This document shows positions 1 to 9,516 of a stretch of 64,000 nucleotides of DNA, one piece after another. The DNA is from Planctomycetota bacterium. Lineage in GTDB: Bacteria > Planctomycetota > GCA-002687715 > DRQF01. The position numbers were made by a program, and so were the translations under genes. Within the stretch, counting starts at the first letter, position 1; each line of letters opens with the position of its first letter. The notes under the pieces are model-generated. The model made no database searches. It saw only the letters and a list, made by a program, of their open reading frames with translations, and had not been told where the DNA came from. Location of the stretch: positions 5,178-69,177 of the forward strand of contig JALTLO010000197.1 in NCBI GenBank assembly GCA_027001995.1. Reading direction: 5' to 3'.

Positions 1-2
1 CT

Positions 3-1400
3 GGCAATACGAGTGGGGGAGACGCAAGTCCCGGTGGTTGTGGTGGACGCGGGGCCGCTGTCTTTTCTGGTTTTATGGCAACTCCCCAGTTCTTGGGGGG
101 TGTGTTTGAAGACAATAAATGCGGCGATGGCGGTGTCGGTGGTGCATCCGGTGCATTCTTCTCAGTTGCTGGGGATCCCGCTATCGGCGGATTCGGCGGC
201 TCTGGGGGCGCCATGGCATTTGAAGGTAGCCCGCAAGTTGACTCTTGCCAGTTTTACAACAATCGATGTGGTGATGGCGGGGTCGGTGGCCAAGGCTTCG
301 GAGTCGCAAGTGGCGTTGGCGGTTTCGGAGGTAGCGGCGGCGCTATCAACTTAAATGGCGGCGTTGGATTGGTGGTCAATTGTATTTTTGTCGGGAACTC
401 GGCGGGTAATGGCAATGATGCTGGTGTCAGTGATGGGGCAGCCGGAGGCGGTGGCGCAGCGGGAGTGGGAGGCGCTGTGATTATCGTCGCAGGGGGCCTT
501 TCCGTTGGCAACTGCACGATTCTCAACAACAAGACCGGTGATCCCGGATTGGGTATCAGCCCAGGCGCATCAGGCATCGGCGGTGGTATTTTCGCCTTCG
601 GCGGTACCATGGATGTGGCCAACACGATTGTCCGGGGAAACACCGCCAACGGCAGCCCTTCGAATATCTTTGACTTAGGTGTCGGAATCCTGGTTGTGGC
701 TTTTAGCGACGTCGAGGGCAGCTATGCCGGAATCTCGAACTTCGATCTCGATCCCCTATTCGTGGATGAGGCTGGCGGGGATTATCGTTTAACCGAAAAT
801 TCACCATGCCGAGATGCGGGTGATGTTGGGTTTGGTTTTATTCCTGCCCTTGATTTTGAAGGTGACCCCCGTGTTATCTGTGGCGCTCTCGATGTGGGGG
901 CCGATGAGTTCAACTTGATGCCATTGGCTCTTGGTCAGCAGCCAAGAGCTGGTTTCGCCAGCCTTGATATCTCGAACGCCAAGAGTCTTTATGGTTGTAC
1001 GGTCGACACGGAAGCCTCTGGGCCATACAAGACGACTATCACTGCTGGTACATCTTTTAGCTTTGACATTGAAGGCAATCCACTTCAGCCCATCATCTTG
1101 ATGTGGGCACCGTTGAATGTTCGAGTTGCGACTTACTCTGCGCCCATAGGTCAATTTGATATCGGCGGGCTTCTTGACCCTCAGTCGGGAATCCCAATGG
1201 GGTTGACTGTCTTCGCTGATGGCACAACGACTTTCTTACCAAACAACGGTATTGCAACGGATGCGACTGGACTGAGCAGTACGTCCTATGTCATGCCAGC
1301 GTCGATTCCACCAGGCATCTTTACAACTTTCCAGGCTGCGGTCTTTCATCCTTTGGGTGTGGCTTTGAGTAACGCAGTCCAAATAGAAATTGCTCCCTAG
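3..1400 (+). CDS. Gly-rich right-handed beta-helix / choice-of-anchor-Q-like exported protein, 5'-partial
   Basis: The frame is open from position 3 (GNTSGGDASPGG...), so it starts upstream of the window. It has NCxFxGN-type helix repeats and a DPLFVD...GDYRL..NSPCRDAGD...D.EG.PR...LDVGADE motif, and ends in ALSNAVQIEI. Confidence 0.7.
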   Translation, partial: GNTSGGDASPGGCGGRGAAVFSGFMATPQFLGGVFEDNKCGDGGVGGASGAFFSVAGDPAIGGFGGSGGAMAFEGSPQVDSCQFYNNRCGDGGVGGQGFGVASGVGGFGGSGGAINLNGGVGLVVNCIFVGNSAGNGNDAGVSDGAAGGGGAAGVGGAVIIVAGGLSVGNCTILNNKTGDPGLGISPGASGIGGGIFAFGGTMDVANTIVRGNTANGSPSNIFDLGVGILVVAFSDVEGSYAGISNFDLDPLFVDEAGGDYRLTENSPCRDAGDVGFGFIPALDFEGDPRVICGALDVGADEFNLMPLALGQQPRAGFASLDISNAKSLYGCTVDTEASGPYKTTITAGTSFSFDIEGNPLQPIILMWAPLNVRVATYSAPIGQFDIGGLLDPQSGIPMGLTVFADGTTTFLPNNGIATDATGLSSTSYVMPASIPPGIFTTFQAAVFHPLGVALSNAVQIEIAP

Positions 1401-1422
1401 TTTGGGAGCATGATCACGAGCC

Positions 1423-1458
1423 CAAAAAGCCCGGACGAGCAATCGCCCGGGCTTTTTG
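1423..1458. terminator. Bidirectional intrinsic terminator between convergent genes
   Basis: Inverted repeat CAAAAAGCCCGG...CCGGGCTTTTTG with A/T tracts on both sides. Confidence 0.8.
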
Positions 1459-1486
1459 TTTGCCATCACTCTTAGGTCAACCAAGG

Positions 1487-2362
1487 CTAAGAGAAGTGAT
1501 CAACCCCGTAGACAATGAGGCCCCCTTCGTGACCAGCATAACTGATCAAAATAGCGGATGCGATGATGAGGGCACGGAAGATGATTGTCTGCACTTTGCC
1601 CGTGTCTGAGGATCGGCGCAGCATAAACCATGCGATGCCAGCCAAAATTGTTCCACCGATGGCGCACCACTGGTGTATCTCTACTGTTTCTTCGCTGTAG
1701 CCTTCAGCATCTTCTGCTTGAAATCCTGCGATTCCAGCAAGGATCGCTGATAGCAGGAACAAGCTCAAAGTGAGCTGCAAAGCTGGACGCCAAGTTTGTC
1801 CTTGGCGGCATCGAAGGGCTTCGAGAAGAACAGACAAAACAATGAAAGCGATGGGGAAATGGACCAAGACAGGATGGAGGGCTGCCACGATATTAGAAGA
1901 GGGTTCTGACTTCTCAGAAGAGTCATCTTTGCTTACCTCTTCTTTGGGTGGCGAAGATTCAGTCCCAGCAGGTGTCTTTACTGGGGGAGATTGTGGCAGG
2001 GGACCACCTGCGGTTATCCACCATCGAATGAGGGACAACTCGGCAGTGCTGAGTGGACCATTCTTCGACTTTTCCGGTGGCATGTGGTCATCCTCATCAG
2101 CCTCAGTCAGGTAGTACCACAGGTCTGATTCCGCCAACTTAGGGTCGTTGGAGTACTCTTTCTTGAGGCGCTTGAGGTCGCCAACGAAGCCGAAAGCCCC
2201 CTTGGGGCGCTTCAGGTGGCCACCGTGACATTCCGAACACTTCGTGACCAAAACTTCTCGTACTTGGTCTCCCAAATCCTTGGGCGGGGTCTGGGCAAAC
2301 AAGCTGCCCTGGGAGCCCAGGTACATGAGGAGTGCCAGGATAATTCGAAGTTGCATGTTCAT
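1487..2362 (-). CDS. Planctomycete-type cytochrome c domain fused to a DUF2231-like membrane domain
   Basis: Signal peptide, CSECH heme motif and MPP...L...IRWWI, followed by HPVLVHFPIA and four TM helices with conserved His (GHEGGLIVYG). Confidence 0.75.
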   Translation of the reverse strand: MNMQLRIILALLMYLGSQGSLFAQTPPKDLGDQVREVLVTKCSECHGGHLKRPKGAFGFVGDLKRLKKEYSNDPKLAESDLWYYLTEADEDDHMPPEKSKNGPLSTAELSLIRWWITAGGPLPQSPPVKTPAGTESSPPKEEVSKDDSSEKSEPSSNIVAALHPVLVHFPIAFIVLSVLLEALRCRQGQTWRPALQLTLSLFLLSAILAGIAGFQAEDAEGYSEETVEIHQWCAIGGTILAGIAWFMLRRSSDTGKVQTIIFRALIIASAILISYAGHEGGLIVYGVDHFS

Positions 2363-2817
2363 TCGCGGTACTTGTCGTGGCCAGATTTTTGGTTGCTAAG
2401 CATTTCTTTGAATGCCTTGGCGGAGGCTTTCATGTCTCCGGCCAGGGCAGCTTTCTCTGCCTTCAAAGAAGCCATCAGGCAATCGATCATGATTGTCTGG
2501 TAGTCGTTTCGTTTTTTGACATTCTTGTCGCCTTTGAGTTCACTCGGGAAAAGGACTTTCGCTGTGAGGAGCGCTTTTTGGCACTTCCGCAAGTTGGGCA
2601 AGACGTCTTCGGGTTTTGCTTTTTCGTTGCGGTAAGAATTCTTCAGTCTTCTGGTGGCCCTCTTCAGGCGTTTCATTTCCTTTTCGAGCTCTTCGTGTTC
2701 GTCGTCGTGTTTTTTCTCTTCTTGGGTGCTTTCTTGGGAGAAGGCAGAGGAGTTGGTCCATGCCACAAGTGGAAAGGCGACACAAATGATGAGGATGAGA
2801 GGCAGAAGTCGTTTCAT
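2359..2817 (-). CDS. Exported cytochrome b562-like four-helix bundle protein
   Basis: Signal peptide. LEKEMKRL resembles b562 LEDNMETL (Met ligand) and C-terminal GHDKYRE resembles b562 YHQKYR (His ligand). ATGA overlap with the next gene. Confidence 0.6.
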   Translation of the reverse strand: MKRLLPLILIICVAFPLVAWTNSSAFSQESTQEEKKHDDEHEELEKEMKRLKRATRRLKNSYRNEKAKPEDVLPNLRKCQKALLTAKVLFPSELKGDKNVKKRNDYQTIMIDCLMASLKAEKAALAGDMKASAKAFKEMLSNQKSGHDKYRE

Positions 2818-2952
2818 TTCGTTTCTCCTAGGTCGAGGTCATCTAATTTCTCGGGTCGCGTATGGCTGACCACATTTGTTTGTTTGAGCGCTGGGAAAAT
2901 CATGGCTCACGTGTCTTGGATACGCAAGGTAGTAACTTGTGTGAATTCTTGT

Positions 2953-3294
2953 TTATTCCTTTGGGCTCTTGCGGCGATAGACGTCCAGAAGAGCCTTGAG
3001 GAAGAGCTCCCGGTCTTGTGGCCCCCGGTACTTATTGCCCGGTCCCCAATGTTCGTGAGCCAGGTTGTGACAGGATGCGCAGAGCTTGACGTAGCGTCGT
3101 TTGACTTGGAGATTGCGTCCCGCCCCTTCTGCCACGGGCACCAAGTGGTGCCGGGTGAGTTTGACGTCCAGCTTGCAACAGGGACATTCTCCTCGAGCTC
3201 GCACGCCGCTGGAAAAAGAGCACCAGCTGTCGCCGAATCGGCTATGGACCTGGGCCAGGAGCTCTTCGTCGCTGATTTCTTCCCAATTCGTCAT
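2953..3294 (-). CDS. Small HNH-fold / zinc-binding protein
   Basis: The pattern CPCC...LTRHHLVP...LCASCHNLAH is typical of HNH endonuclease-like proteins. Confidence 0.6.
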   Translation of the reverse strand: MTNWEEISDEELLAQVHSRFGDSWCSFSSGVRARGECPCCKLDVKLTRHHLVPVAEGAGRNLQVKRRYVKLCASCHNLAHEHWGPGNKYRGPQDRELFLKALLDVYRRKSPKE

Positions 3295-3389
3295 GTTCTG
3301 ATCTTAGCTTGTTTTTCAGGACCTTAACCTGGAGATTAGGCGGGGGGGAAAGCCTCTTCGGGGATCATTGCAGTCAAGGGCAAGAAAGG

Positions 3390-3425
3390 AAAAGCCCCAG
3401 AAACACAAGTGTTGCCGGGGCTTTT
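3390..3425 (-). terminator. Intrinsic terminator downstream of the cyclophilin gene
   Basis: AAAAGCCCC..AACAC AA GTGTT..GGGGCTTTT hairpin with a T-rich tail on the minus strand. Confidence 0.7.
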
Positions 3426-3442
3426 TGGTTCTCAAGAACCGA

Positions 3443-4327
3443 CTAACGGTGGCTTGGTTTTGACTTCGAAGTTGGCTTTGAAGTTGGCTTCGAGGTCGGT
3501 TTGGATGTTCCGCCTTTATGCCCGCTCTTCTTCAGACGAATCGATTTGATGGTGACTTGCTTAACGGGCTTGTCACCAGCAGCTGTCTTAGTCTTGCTGA
3601 TGGCATCAACGACTTCCATGCCCTTAATGACTTTGCCGAAAACAGTGTGGCGACCAGTCAAGCCAGCTGTGTCGACGACATTAAGAAAGAACTGAGAGCC
3701 ATTGGTATTGGGGCCAGCATTGGCCATCGCCAAGGAACCACGGACGGGCTTGTGAGACATGGATATTTCGGGGGTGTGTTTGAAGCCTCTCATAATCATC
3801 ATCTCTTTGAGGGTGATTTTCTGAAGCTCGGCGATGATCTCTTGAATACGCTTCTGGAACTCAGCATTGGGGATTTTCAAGCGTTTGGCAACGGCTTGGG
3901 CGGCGTATTGAACTTCGCGGCCGGCCAAAGGATGGGGGCGTCCAGCGCTGTCGACGCACATGATTTTGTCGAACCCCAAACTGTCATAGTTGAATTCGTC
4001 TTCAAACTTGTAGCCAGGGCTGCCACTGCCGGTACCCAAAGGGCAACCACCTTGGATCATGAAATTGGGGATGCAACGATGGAAGGTCAAACCATCGTAG
4101 AAGGGGGTCTTGACCATCTTGCCACCTTTTTTGTGGGCGATGGTGCCTTCGGCCAAGCCAATGAAGTTGGCAACGGTTTTGGGAGCGGACTTGGCAAAGA
4201 GCTCGACTTCAATGTCGCCCATGTTGGTCTTAATGACTGCTACGGGGTTGGCACTTTGAGCACTCAGGGAAGAACCCACAGTCAGTATGAGGGCGCACAA
4301 GAGTGCAAAGTTGAAACGTTGAGACAT
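3443..4327 (-). CDS. Exported cyclophilin-type peptidyl-prolyl isomerase with a large insertion and a KPTS-repeat tail
   Basis: APKTVANF, FYDGLTFHR..NFMIQGG, GSLAMANAGPNTNGSQFF and HTVFGKV motifs; signal peptide. Confidence 0.92.
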   Translation of the reverse strand: MSQRFNFALLCALILTVGSSLSAQSANPVAVIKTNMGDIEVELFAKSAPKTVANFIGLAEGTIAHKKGGKMVKTPFYDGLTFHRCIPNFMIQGGCPLGTGSGSPGYKFEDEFNYDSLGFDKIMCVDSAGRPHPLAGREVQYAAQAVAKRLKIPNAEFQKRIQEIIAELQKITLKEMMIMRGFKHTPEISMSHKPVRGSLAMANAGPNTNGSQFFLNVVDTAGLTGRHTVFGKVIKGMEVVDAISKTKTAAGDKPVKQVTIKSIRLKKSGHKGGTSKPTSKPTSKPTSKSKPSHR

Positions 4328-4430
4328 AATACATGGGCCTTTCGTGACGTAATACGAACCAGAATGGGCTATTTTGAGCGATTGAACCGTGAATTCAAGG
4401 CAGGGACGAGGCCATCTCGGCCAGTTTTGC

Positions 4431-5801
4431 TCAGATCACCTTCGAAAAAGTATTACGGCTGGAATTGTTCAAACGTCGGTCAAAAACTCGGGCAATATTC
4501 CGCACCAGAAATCGACCGGCAGCTGTGACTTCAAAGCCAAAATCTGTTTCTTTGAGGAGATTGTCTGCGAAGAAGTCTGTGAGCTGGGGGAGTTCTTCTT
4601 GGAAGTAGTCTTTGAAGTTCACTTGGTGGTGGTTCTCGATGTCCGAGAAGTTGAGACCCATGCCGCACATGATGGTCATGATGACTTCATGTCGTACGAG
4701 GTCATCTTGGGTCAGGGTCAGACCTTTCTTGATGGGGAGCTGGCCAGCGTGGACCATGTCTCGGTAGTCCTTGAGCCCTTTGGTGTTTTGCCAGTAATGA
4801 CCTTGGACATAAGAAATGGCGGAGACCCCCAAAGCCACCAAGTCTAAGCCAGCGCAAGTGGAATAGCCCTGGAAGTTCCTTTGAAGCTCACCCTTGTCCA
4901 GAGCTTCCGTCAATTCATCGTCTTCCCGAGCAAAATGATCCATACCGATGTGACGATAGCCTGCTGAGAGAAGAGTTTCGGTGACGCTCTGGAAGATCGC
5001 CAGCTTTTCTTCTGCTATGGGCAGATCAGCTTCCTGAAACATCTTTTGCGATTTGATGATATTGGGAATGTGGGCGTAGTTGAAAACGCTCAATCGATTG
5101 GGTTTGACCTGAAGGACCGTCGCGAGGGTTTCGTCAAAAGACTGCCTGGACTGGTGGGGCAGTCCGTAGATGAGGTCCACAGAAACGGATTTGAAACCAG
5201 CATCAATGGCGGCAGGGATGAGAGGCAGTGTTTCCTTTTCAGGTTGTATGCGGTTGATCGTTTCTTGGACTCGGGGATCAAAATCCTGAAGCCCTAAACT
5301 CAGTCGATTGAAGCCGACGTCTTTGAGAAATCGAATGCGCTTGGGGGTGAGCTGCCGCGGGTCCCCTTCGATGGAGATTTCCCCTTCGGGATCAAGATCA
5401 AAGTACTTCTTAATGAGGTCAAAGCACCGGGTCGTTTGCTCATCGTCCAAGTAGCTTGGGGACCCACCACCCCAATGAAGCTGTTTCACCTGGTGGCGAT
5501 GACCCAAGTGCTCTGCGATGAGGGCGAGCTCAGCTTCAAAATCGTCCAAGTAGCGATCGATGCGATTTCTGTCTCGAGTGATGGTCTTATGACAGCCGCA
5601 ATACCAGCAGAGTGCTGAGCAAAATGGCAAATGTACATAGAGTGAAAGGGGGCTGTTGGCAACTTTGCCGAGGGCTTTGTCTACCGCTGCCATCGGGTAA
5701 TCTTCGGTGAAGAAGGGCGAAGCGGGGTAGGACGTATAACGGGGGCCAGAACGATCGTGTTTCTTGACCATTTCCGTATCGAAAAGTGTTTGCTCGGTCA
5801 T
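4431..5801 (-). CDS. hemN: Oxygen-independent coproporphyrinogen III oxidase
   Basis: GPRYTSYP, LYVHLPFC...CWYCGC radical SAM motif, IGMDHFA, RNFQGYST and C-terminal FSKVI. Confidence 0.95.
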   Translation of the reverse strand: MTEQTLFDTEMVKKHDRSGPRYTSYPASPFFTEDYPMAAVDKALGKVANSPLSLYVHLPFCSALCWYCGCHKTITRDRNRIDRYLDDFEAELALIAEHLGHRHQVKQLHWGGGSPSYLDDEQTTRCFDLIKKYFDLDPEGEISIEGDPRQLTPKRIRFLKDVGFNRLSLGLQDFDPRVQETINRIQPEKETLPLIPAAIDAGFKSVSVDLIYGLPHQSRQSFDETLATVLQVKPNRLSVFNYAHIPNIIKSQKMFQEADLPIAEEKLAIFQSVTETLLSAGYRHIGMDHFAREDDELTEALDKGELQRNFQGYSTCAGLDLVALGVSAISYVQGHYWQNTKGLKDYRDMVHAGQLPIKKGLTLTQDDLVRHEVIMTIMCGMGLNFSDIENHHQVNFKDYFQEELPQLTDFFADNLLKETDFGFEVTAAGRFLVRNIARVFDRRLNNSSRNTFSKVI

Positions 5802-5922
5802 GAGGCTCCTCGGTGGATGGTATGCTCTCAGTCATGCCTATCTTCCGCCCTGAGACCGGGAAGGGCAAATTTTTCGTGGGTTTATCCTAGAGCACACCAA
5901 GATCGCGAGGCAAGAAAGCTCC

Positions 5923-6720
5923 ATGACAGCCAGCAAAACAGGCCCCAAGAGAATCGTCTGCCTGACGGAGGAAACCACTGAGACTCTCTACCTCATTGGC
6001 GAGGAGGACCGTATCGTGGGGATCTCGGCCTATACCAAGCGCCCGGTCCGTGCAGCCCAAGAGAAGCCGATGGTCTCCCATTTCATCAAAGCTGACATTG
6101 AGAAAATATTGGCTCTAAAGCCTGATTTGGTGCTGGGCTTCTCCGACCTCCAAGCTGAAATCTGCGCAGAATTGATCAAGGCAGGGGTCGAAGTCTACTG
6201 CCTCAACCATCGCTCAGTGAAAGGGATCATCGAGATGGTGCGCCGATTAGGTCGGTTAGTTGATGCTCAAGAGCGGTCGGAGGAGCTAGCCCAATCCATG
6301 GAGTCCATGGTCGCGAAAGCTCAGGCCAAGGCTCAGCCCCAGGACAAGAGGCCAAGAATCTTCTTTGAGGAATGGCCAGACCCCATCATCACGGGGATTC
6401 GTTGGGTTTCTGAACTTATTGAGATCGCTGGAGGTGTGGATTGTTTTTCTCATTTGCAGAGTCAATCTTTGGCTAAGAACCGAATAATCCAACCTCAAGA
6501 CATCTTGGATCAAGATCCGGATGCCTACTTGGCATGTTGGTGTGGTCGGGCATTTGACCCAAAAGTTGTCCTTAAGCGGCCTGGTTTTGCCTCTGCCCGC
6601 TGCACTCAAGATGGGCGTATGATGGAACTACCCGCAGAGATCATGCTTCAACCCGGGCCCGCAGCGATTTTGGCTGGTCTACCCCGATTGTCAGAGATCC
6701 TTGCGGAGCTGGCCGATTGA
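5923..6720 (+). CDS. Cobalamin-binding / BtuF-like helical-backbone binding protein (no signal peptide)
   Basis: RIVCLTEETTE, LKPDLVLGFSDLQ, EEWPDP, WVSELIEIAGG and LQPGP motifs. Confidence 0.8.
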   Translation: MTASKTGPKRIVCLTEETTETLYLIGEEDRIVGISAYTKRPVRAAQEKPMVSHFIKADIEKILALKPDLVLGFSDLQAEICAELIKAGVEVYCLNHRSVKGIIEMVRRLGRLVDAQERSEELAQSMESMVAKAQAKAQPQDKRPRIFFEEWPDPIITGIRWVSELIEIAGGVDCFSHLQSQSLAKNRIIQPQDILDQDPDAYLACWCGRAFDPKVVLKRPGFASARCTQDGRMMELPAEIMLQPGPAAILAGLPRLSEILAELAD

Positions 6721-6762
6721 AGTCATCCTGTGTCAGCGTCCGCACTTGGATTGGAGAAAACC

Positions 6763-7380
6763 ATGAAGAATACGTTTGTCATTTCCTTGATCGTCCTGGC
6801 CTTTGCTTTTGGTTGCAGCCATGAAGAATCGAACAATCCCCAGCCAAGGAGCACGACCATGAGTTCTCAAGACGAATCCCCAGACTCCCAACCTGCCACA
6901 AGACCTTCTAAGCCCGCCGCCAAGATTTCCGCCTCAGGTTATGACGTCACTCCCTTGGGCCCTGAGGAGAAGGCTCTGTTGACCAAAGACTTGACGCCCA
7001 TGGAATATCGGGTCACTTGCCAGTCTGGAACGGAAGCCCCCAATTCTGGCGACTTGTTGCACAACAAGAAAACCGGAACGTATACCTGTCGCGTCTGCGG
7101 TTTACCTTTGTTCAACTCTCACACCAAGTTCAGATCTGGCACCGGTTGGCCCAGCTTTTTTTCGCCCTATGACCCAGATCATGTTCGGGATGTCCGTGAT
7201 GCCACCCATGGAATGGTGAGAGTCGAAAATCGCTGTGCCCGTTGTGACGCTCATTTGGGCCACGTGTTTAACGATGGCCCCCAACCTACGGGACTGCGCT
7301 ATTGCATCAATTCAGCCTCTCTCGATTTTGTTGGGGCTGATGAGGAGCTGCCACCCAAGTCTCTCCCCAAAGACCGCTAA
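6763..7380 (+). CDS. msrB: Peptide-methionine (R)-S-oxide reductase, probable lipoprotein
   Basis: GTE, CRVC/CARC zinc ligands, [17 protein letters not shown] and RYCINS. ATG at 6763 follows GGAG. Lipobox-like AFGC. Confidence 0.95.
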   Translation: MKNTFVISLIVLAFAFGCSHEESNNPQPRSTTMSSQDESPDSQPATRPSKPAAKISASGYDVTPLGPEEKALLTKDLTPMEYRVTCQSGTEAPNSGDLLHNKKTGTYTCRVCGLPLFNSHTKFRSGTGWPSFFSPYDPDHVRDVRDATHGMVRVENRCARCDAHLGHVFNDGPQPTGLRYCINSASLDFVGADEELPPKSLPKDR

Positions 7381-7527
7381 CTGGATAATTCTGCGGCGCT
7401 GGAGTCATGGCCCTGAGTTTGGGGCTTCAAGCTGCTTTTGCTAGGCTTTGCGGCCCAGATTTCGCTCACCAGGTGAATTTCCAGGGGCAAGAAGAATCAC
7501 ACGTTCCCTTAAGACGCAGGGCCAGAC

Positions 7528-7953
7528 ATGGAAATCGATCAGCTAATTAGCATCTTTGAGCTTTTTGACAGCTGGGAAGATCGCTATCGCCAAATCATCG
7601 ACTTGGGCAAGAAGCTTGAACCCTTAGATGAGGGTTTCAAAATCGCCGAGTTCAAGGTGCATGGGTGCACGAGTCAGGTCTGGTTGACTTTCCGATTTGA
7701 GGAGAAAGACGGCCAGCGCGTGATGCATTTCACGGCGGATAGTGATGCCCACATAGTTCGTGGCTTGATCGCTATTCTTCTCATGTTGTTTTCAATGAAG
7801 ACACCCAAGGAAATTATTGACTTTGACCCAGCGGAGTCCTTCGCGCGGCTCGGCTTAGACAAACACCTGAGTCCTATGCGCTCCAATGGACTGCACTCCA
7901 TGGTGAAAAGAATGAAAGACTTGGCCAGCTCAGTTGAGACTCAAGGAAACTAA
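7528..7953 (+). CDS. sufE: SufE-family sulfur acceptor
   Basis: WEDRY, VHGCTSQVW, ADSDAHIVRGL and LSPMRSNGL motifs. Confidence 0.93.
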   Translation: MEIDQLISIFELFDSWEDRYRQIIDLGKKLEPLDEGFKIAEFKVHGCTSQVWLTFRFEEKDGQRVMHFTADSDAHIVRGLIAILLMLFSMKTPKEIIDFDPAESFARLGLDKHLSPMRSNGLHSMVKRMKDLASSVETQGN

Positions 7954-7954
7954 C

Positions 7955-9445
7955 GTGGCACACCCCATTCGAATCTACAGTACATTGGAACGAAAGATCG
8001 TCGATTTTGCACCCATCGAAGAAGGTAAGATCGGTCTCTACATTTGTGGTATGACCGTCTACGATCATGCTCACATTGGCCACGGGCGTTTCCTTATTAT
8101 TTTCGATTCCTTCGTGCGCTATCTTCGTAATCGAGGATGGGATGTGACCTACGTTCGTAACTTCACGGATGTGGATGACAAAATCATCAATCGGGCCAAT
8201 GAATTGGGAGAAGACCCTTTCGAATTTGCCGAGAAGTACATCACTGCTTTTGGCAAAGATAGTAGCGACATGGGGCTCTTAGCTCCCGATCGAGAACCTC
8301 GTGTCACCCAATCCATTGACATCATTCAAGCGATGATCAAGAAAATGGTTGAGAAGGGGCACGCCTACACTTCCGAAGGCAGCGTTTGGTTCAACGTTCG
8401 TAGTTATCCTGACTATGGGCACCTTTCCGGCCAGAAGATCGACGAGATGCGGAGTGCCGACGAAGCGAAAGGCAAGAAAGACCCAGCCGATTTCGCACTA
8501 TGGAAGGCGGTGAAACCTGGGGAACCATCTTGGGACAGCCCTTGGGGGCCTGGAAGGCCCGGTTGGCACATCGAGTGTTCAGCTATGGCTCTCGACACAT
8601 TGGGGGAAACCATCGATATTCACGGTGGGGGCTTAGACTTAGTCTTTCCCCATCATGAAAATGAGGTGGCCCAATCGACCTGTGCCAATGGAGCGCGCTA
8701 TGCCCGTCATTGGATGCACAATGGGCTCCTGACCATGGGAGGCGGTCAGAAAATGGGCAAGAGCTTGGGCAACGTCATCAACATTCAAGTTGCGTTGTCC
8801 AAGTTTCCCGCAGAGGCTTTGCGTCTCTATTACTTGCAGAATCAATATCGTTCGCCTCTTCCATGGAGCGAAGAAGCATTACCCGCTGCCCTGAGTATGC
8901 TTTCCCGAATGTATGACGCCCTCGAAAAAGCGGAAGCTATGCAAGGTGCGGAACCCATCGATCAGCTTGTGGTTGACTTGGGAGAGGACGCCAAGCGTGT
9001 TGTTGAGTTGGGAGAGGGCTTCGCTGAACGCTTTCATGCCGCCTTGGACGAAGACTTCAATACGGCTCAAGCCCTTGGTGTGGTCTTTGAACTGGCTCGC
9101 GCTGTCAATCGCTTTGCCAATCACAAGAAGGCGAAGAAGCGAGGGGGGCCTGTTGTGGCGGGAGCTATAGCGGCCCTCCGCTCCTTAGCACCGAATCTAG
9201 GGCTTCTACAAATGGACGTTGAAGCATTCCAGGAAGAAGTCAAGGACAAGCGTCTTGCCGATATGGGGCTCTCCAGGGAGGCGGTCGAAGGCAAAATTCA
9301 AGCGCGCAATGATGCCCGCAGCGCCAAGGAGTGGGCCAAGAGTGATGAGCTGCGTTTGGAATTGGAGAAAATTGGTGTTCTTCTGAATGACACGGCTGAG
9401 GGTGTCACTTGGAGGTTGCGCCTCACCGATGAATCGGGTTCTTGA
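7955..9445 (+). CDS. cysS: Cysteine--tRNA ligase
   Basis: CGMTVYD..HIGH, DFALWK, GRPGWHIECS, HGGG.DL.FPHHENE and KMGKS (KMSKS variant). Probable GTG start at 7955. Confidence 0.97.
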   Translation: MAHPIRIYSTLERKIVDFAPIEEGKIGLYICGMTVYDHAHIGHGRFLIIFDSFVRYLRNRGWDVTYVRNFTDVDDKIINRANELGEDPFEFAEKYITAFGKDSSDMGLLAPDREPRVTQSIDIIQAMIKKMVEKGHAYTSEGSVWFNVRSYPDYGHLSGQKIDEMRSADEAKGKKDPADFALWKAVKPGEPSWDSPWGPGRPGWHIECSAMALDTLGETIDIHGGGLDLVFPHHENEVAQSTCANGARYARHWMHNGLLTMGGGQKMGKSLGNVINIQVALSKFPAEALRLYYLQNQYRSPLPWSEEALPAALSMLSRMYDALEKAEAMQGAEPIDQLVVDLGEDAKRVVELGEGFAERFHAALDEDFNTAQALGVVFELARAVNRFANHKKAKKRGGPVVAGAIAALRSLAPNLGLLQMDVEAFQEEVKDKRLADMGLSREAVEGKIQARNDARSAKEWAKSDELRLELEKIGVLLNDTAEGVTWRLRLTDESGS

Positions 9446-9516
9446 ATTCTGGGAGGGAGGGGAAGCGGATCGAGGGTCAATCTCATGGCCCAGTGAGATC
9501 GCGGTGCCCATACCTG

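Noticed and set aside
2377..4528. Long plus-strand ORFs 2377-3327 and 3518-4528
   Set aside because: They are antisense shadows of well-supported minus-strand genes and have no motifs.
6718..6762. UGA readthrough fusing the BtuF-like gene to msrB (same frame)
   Set aside because: The upstream protein is complete, msrB has its own RBS and signal peptide, and there is no Cys-type motif context.
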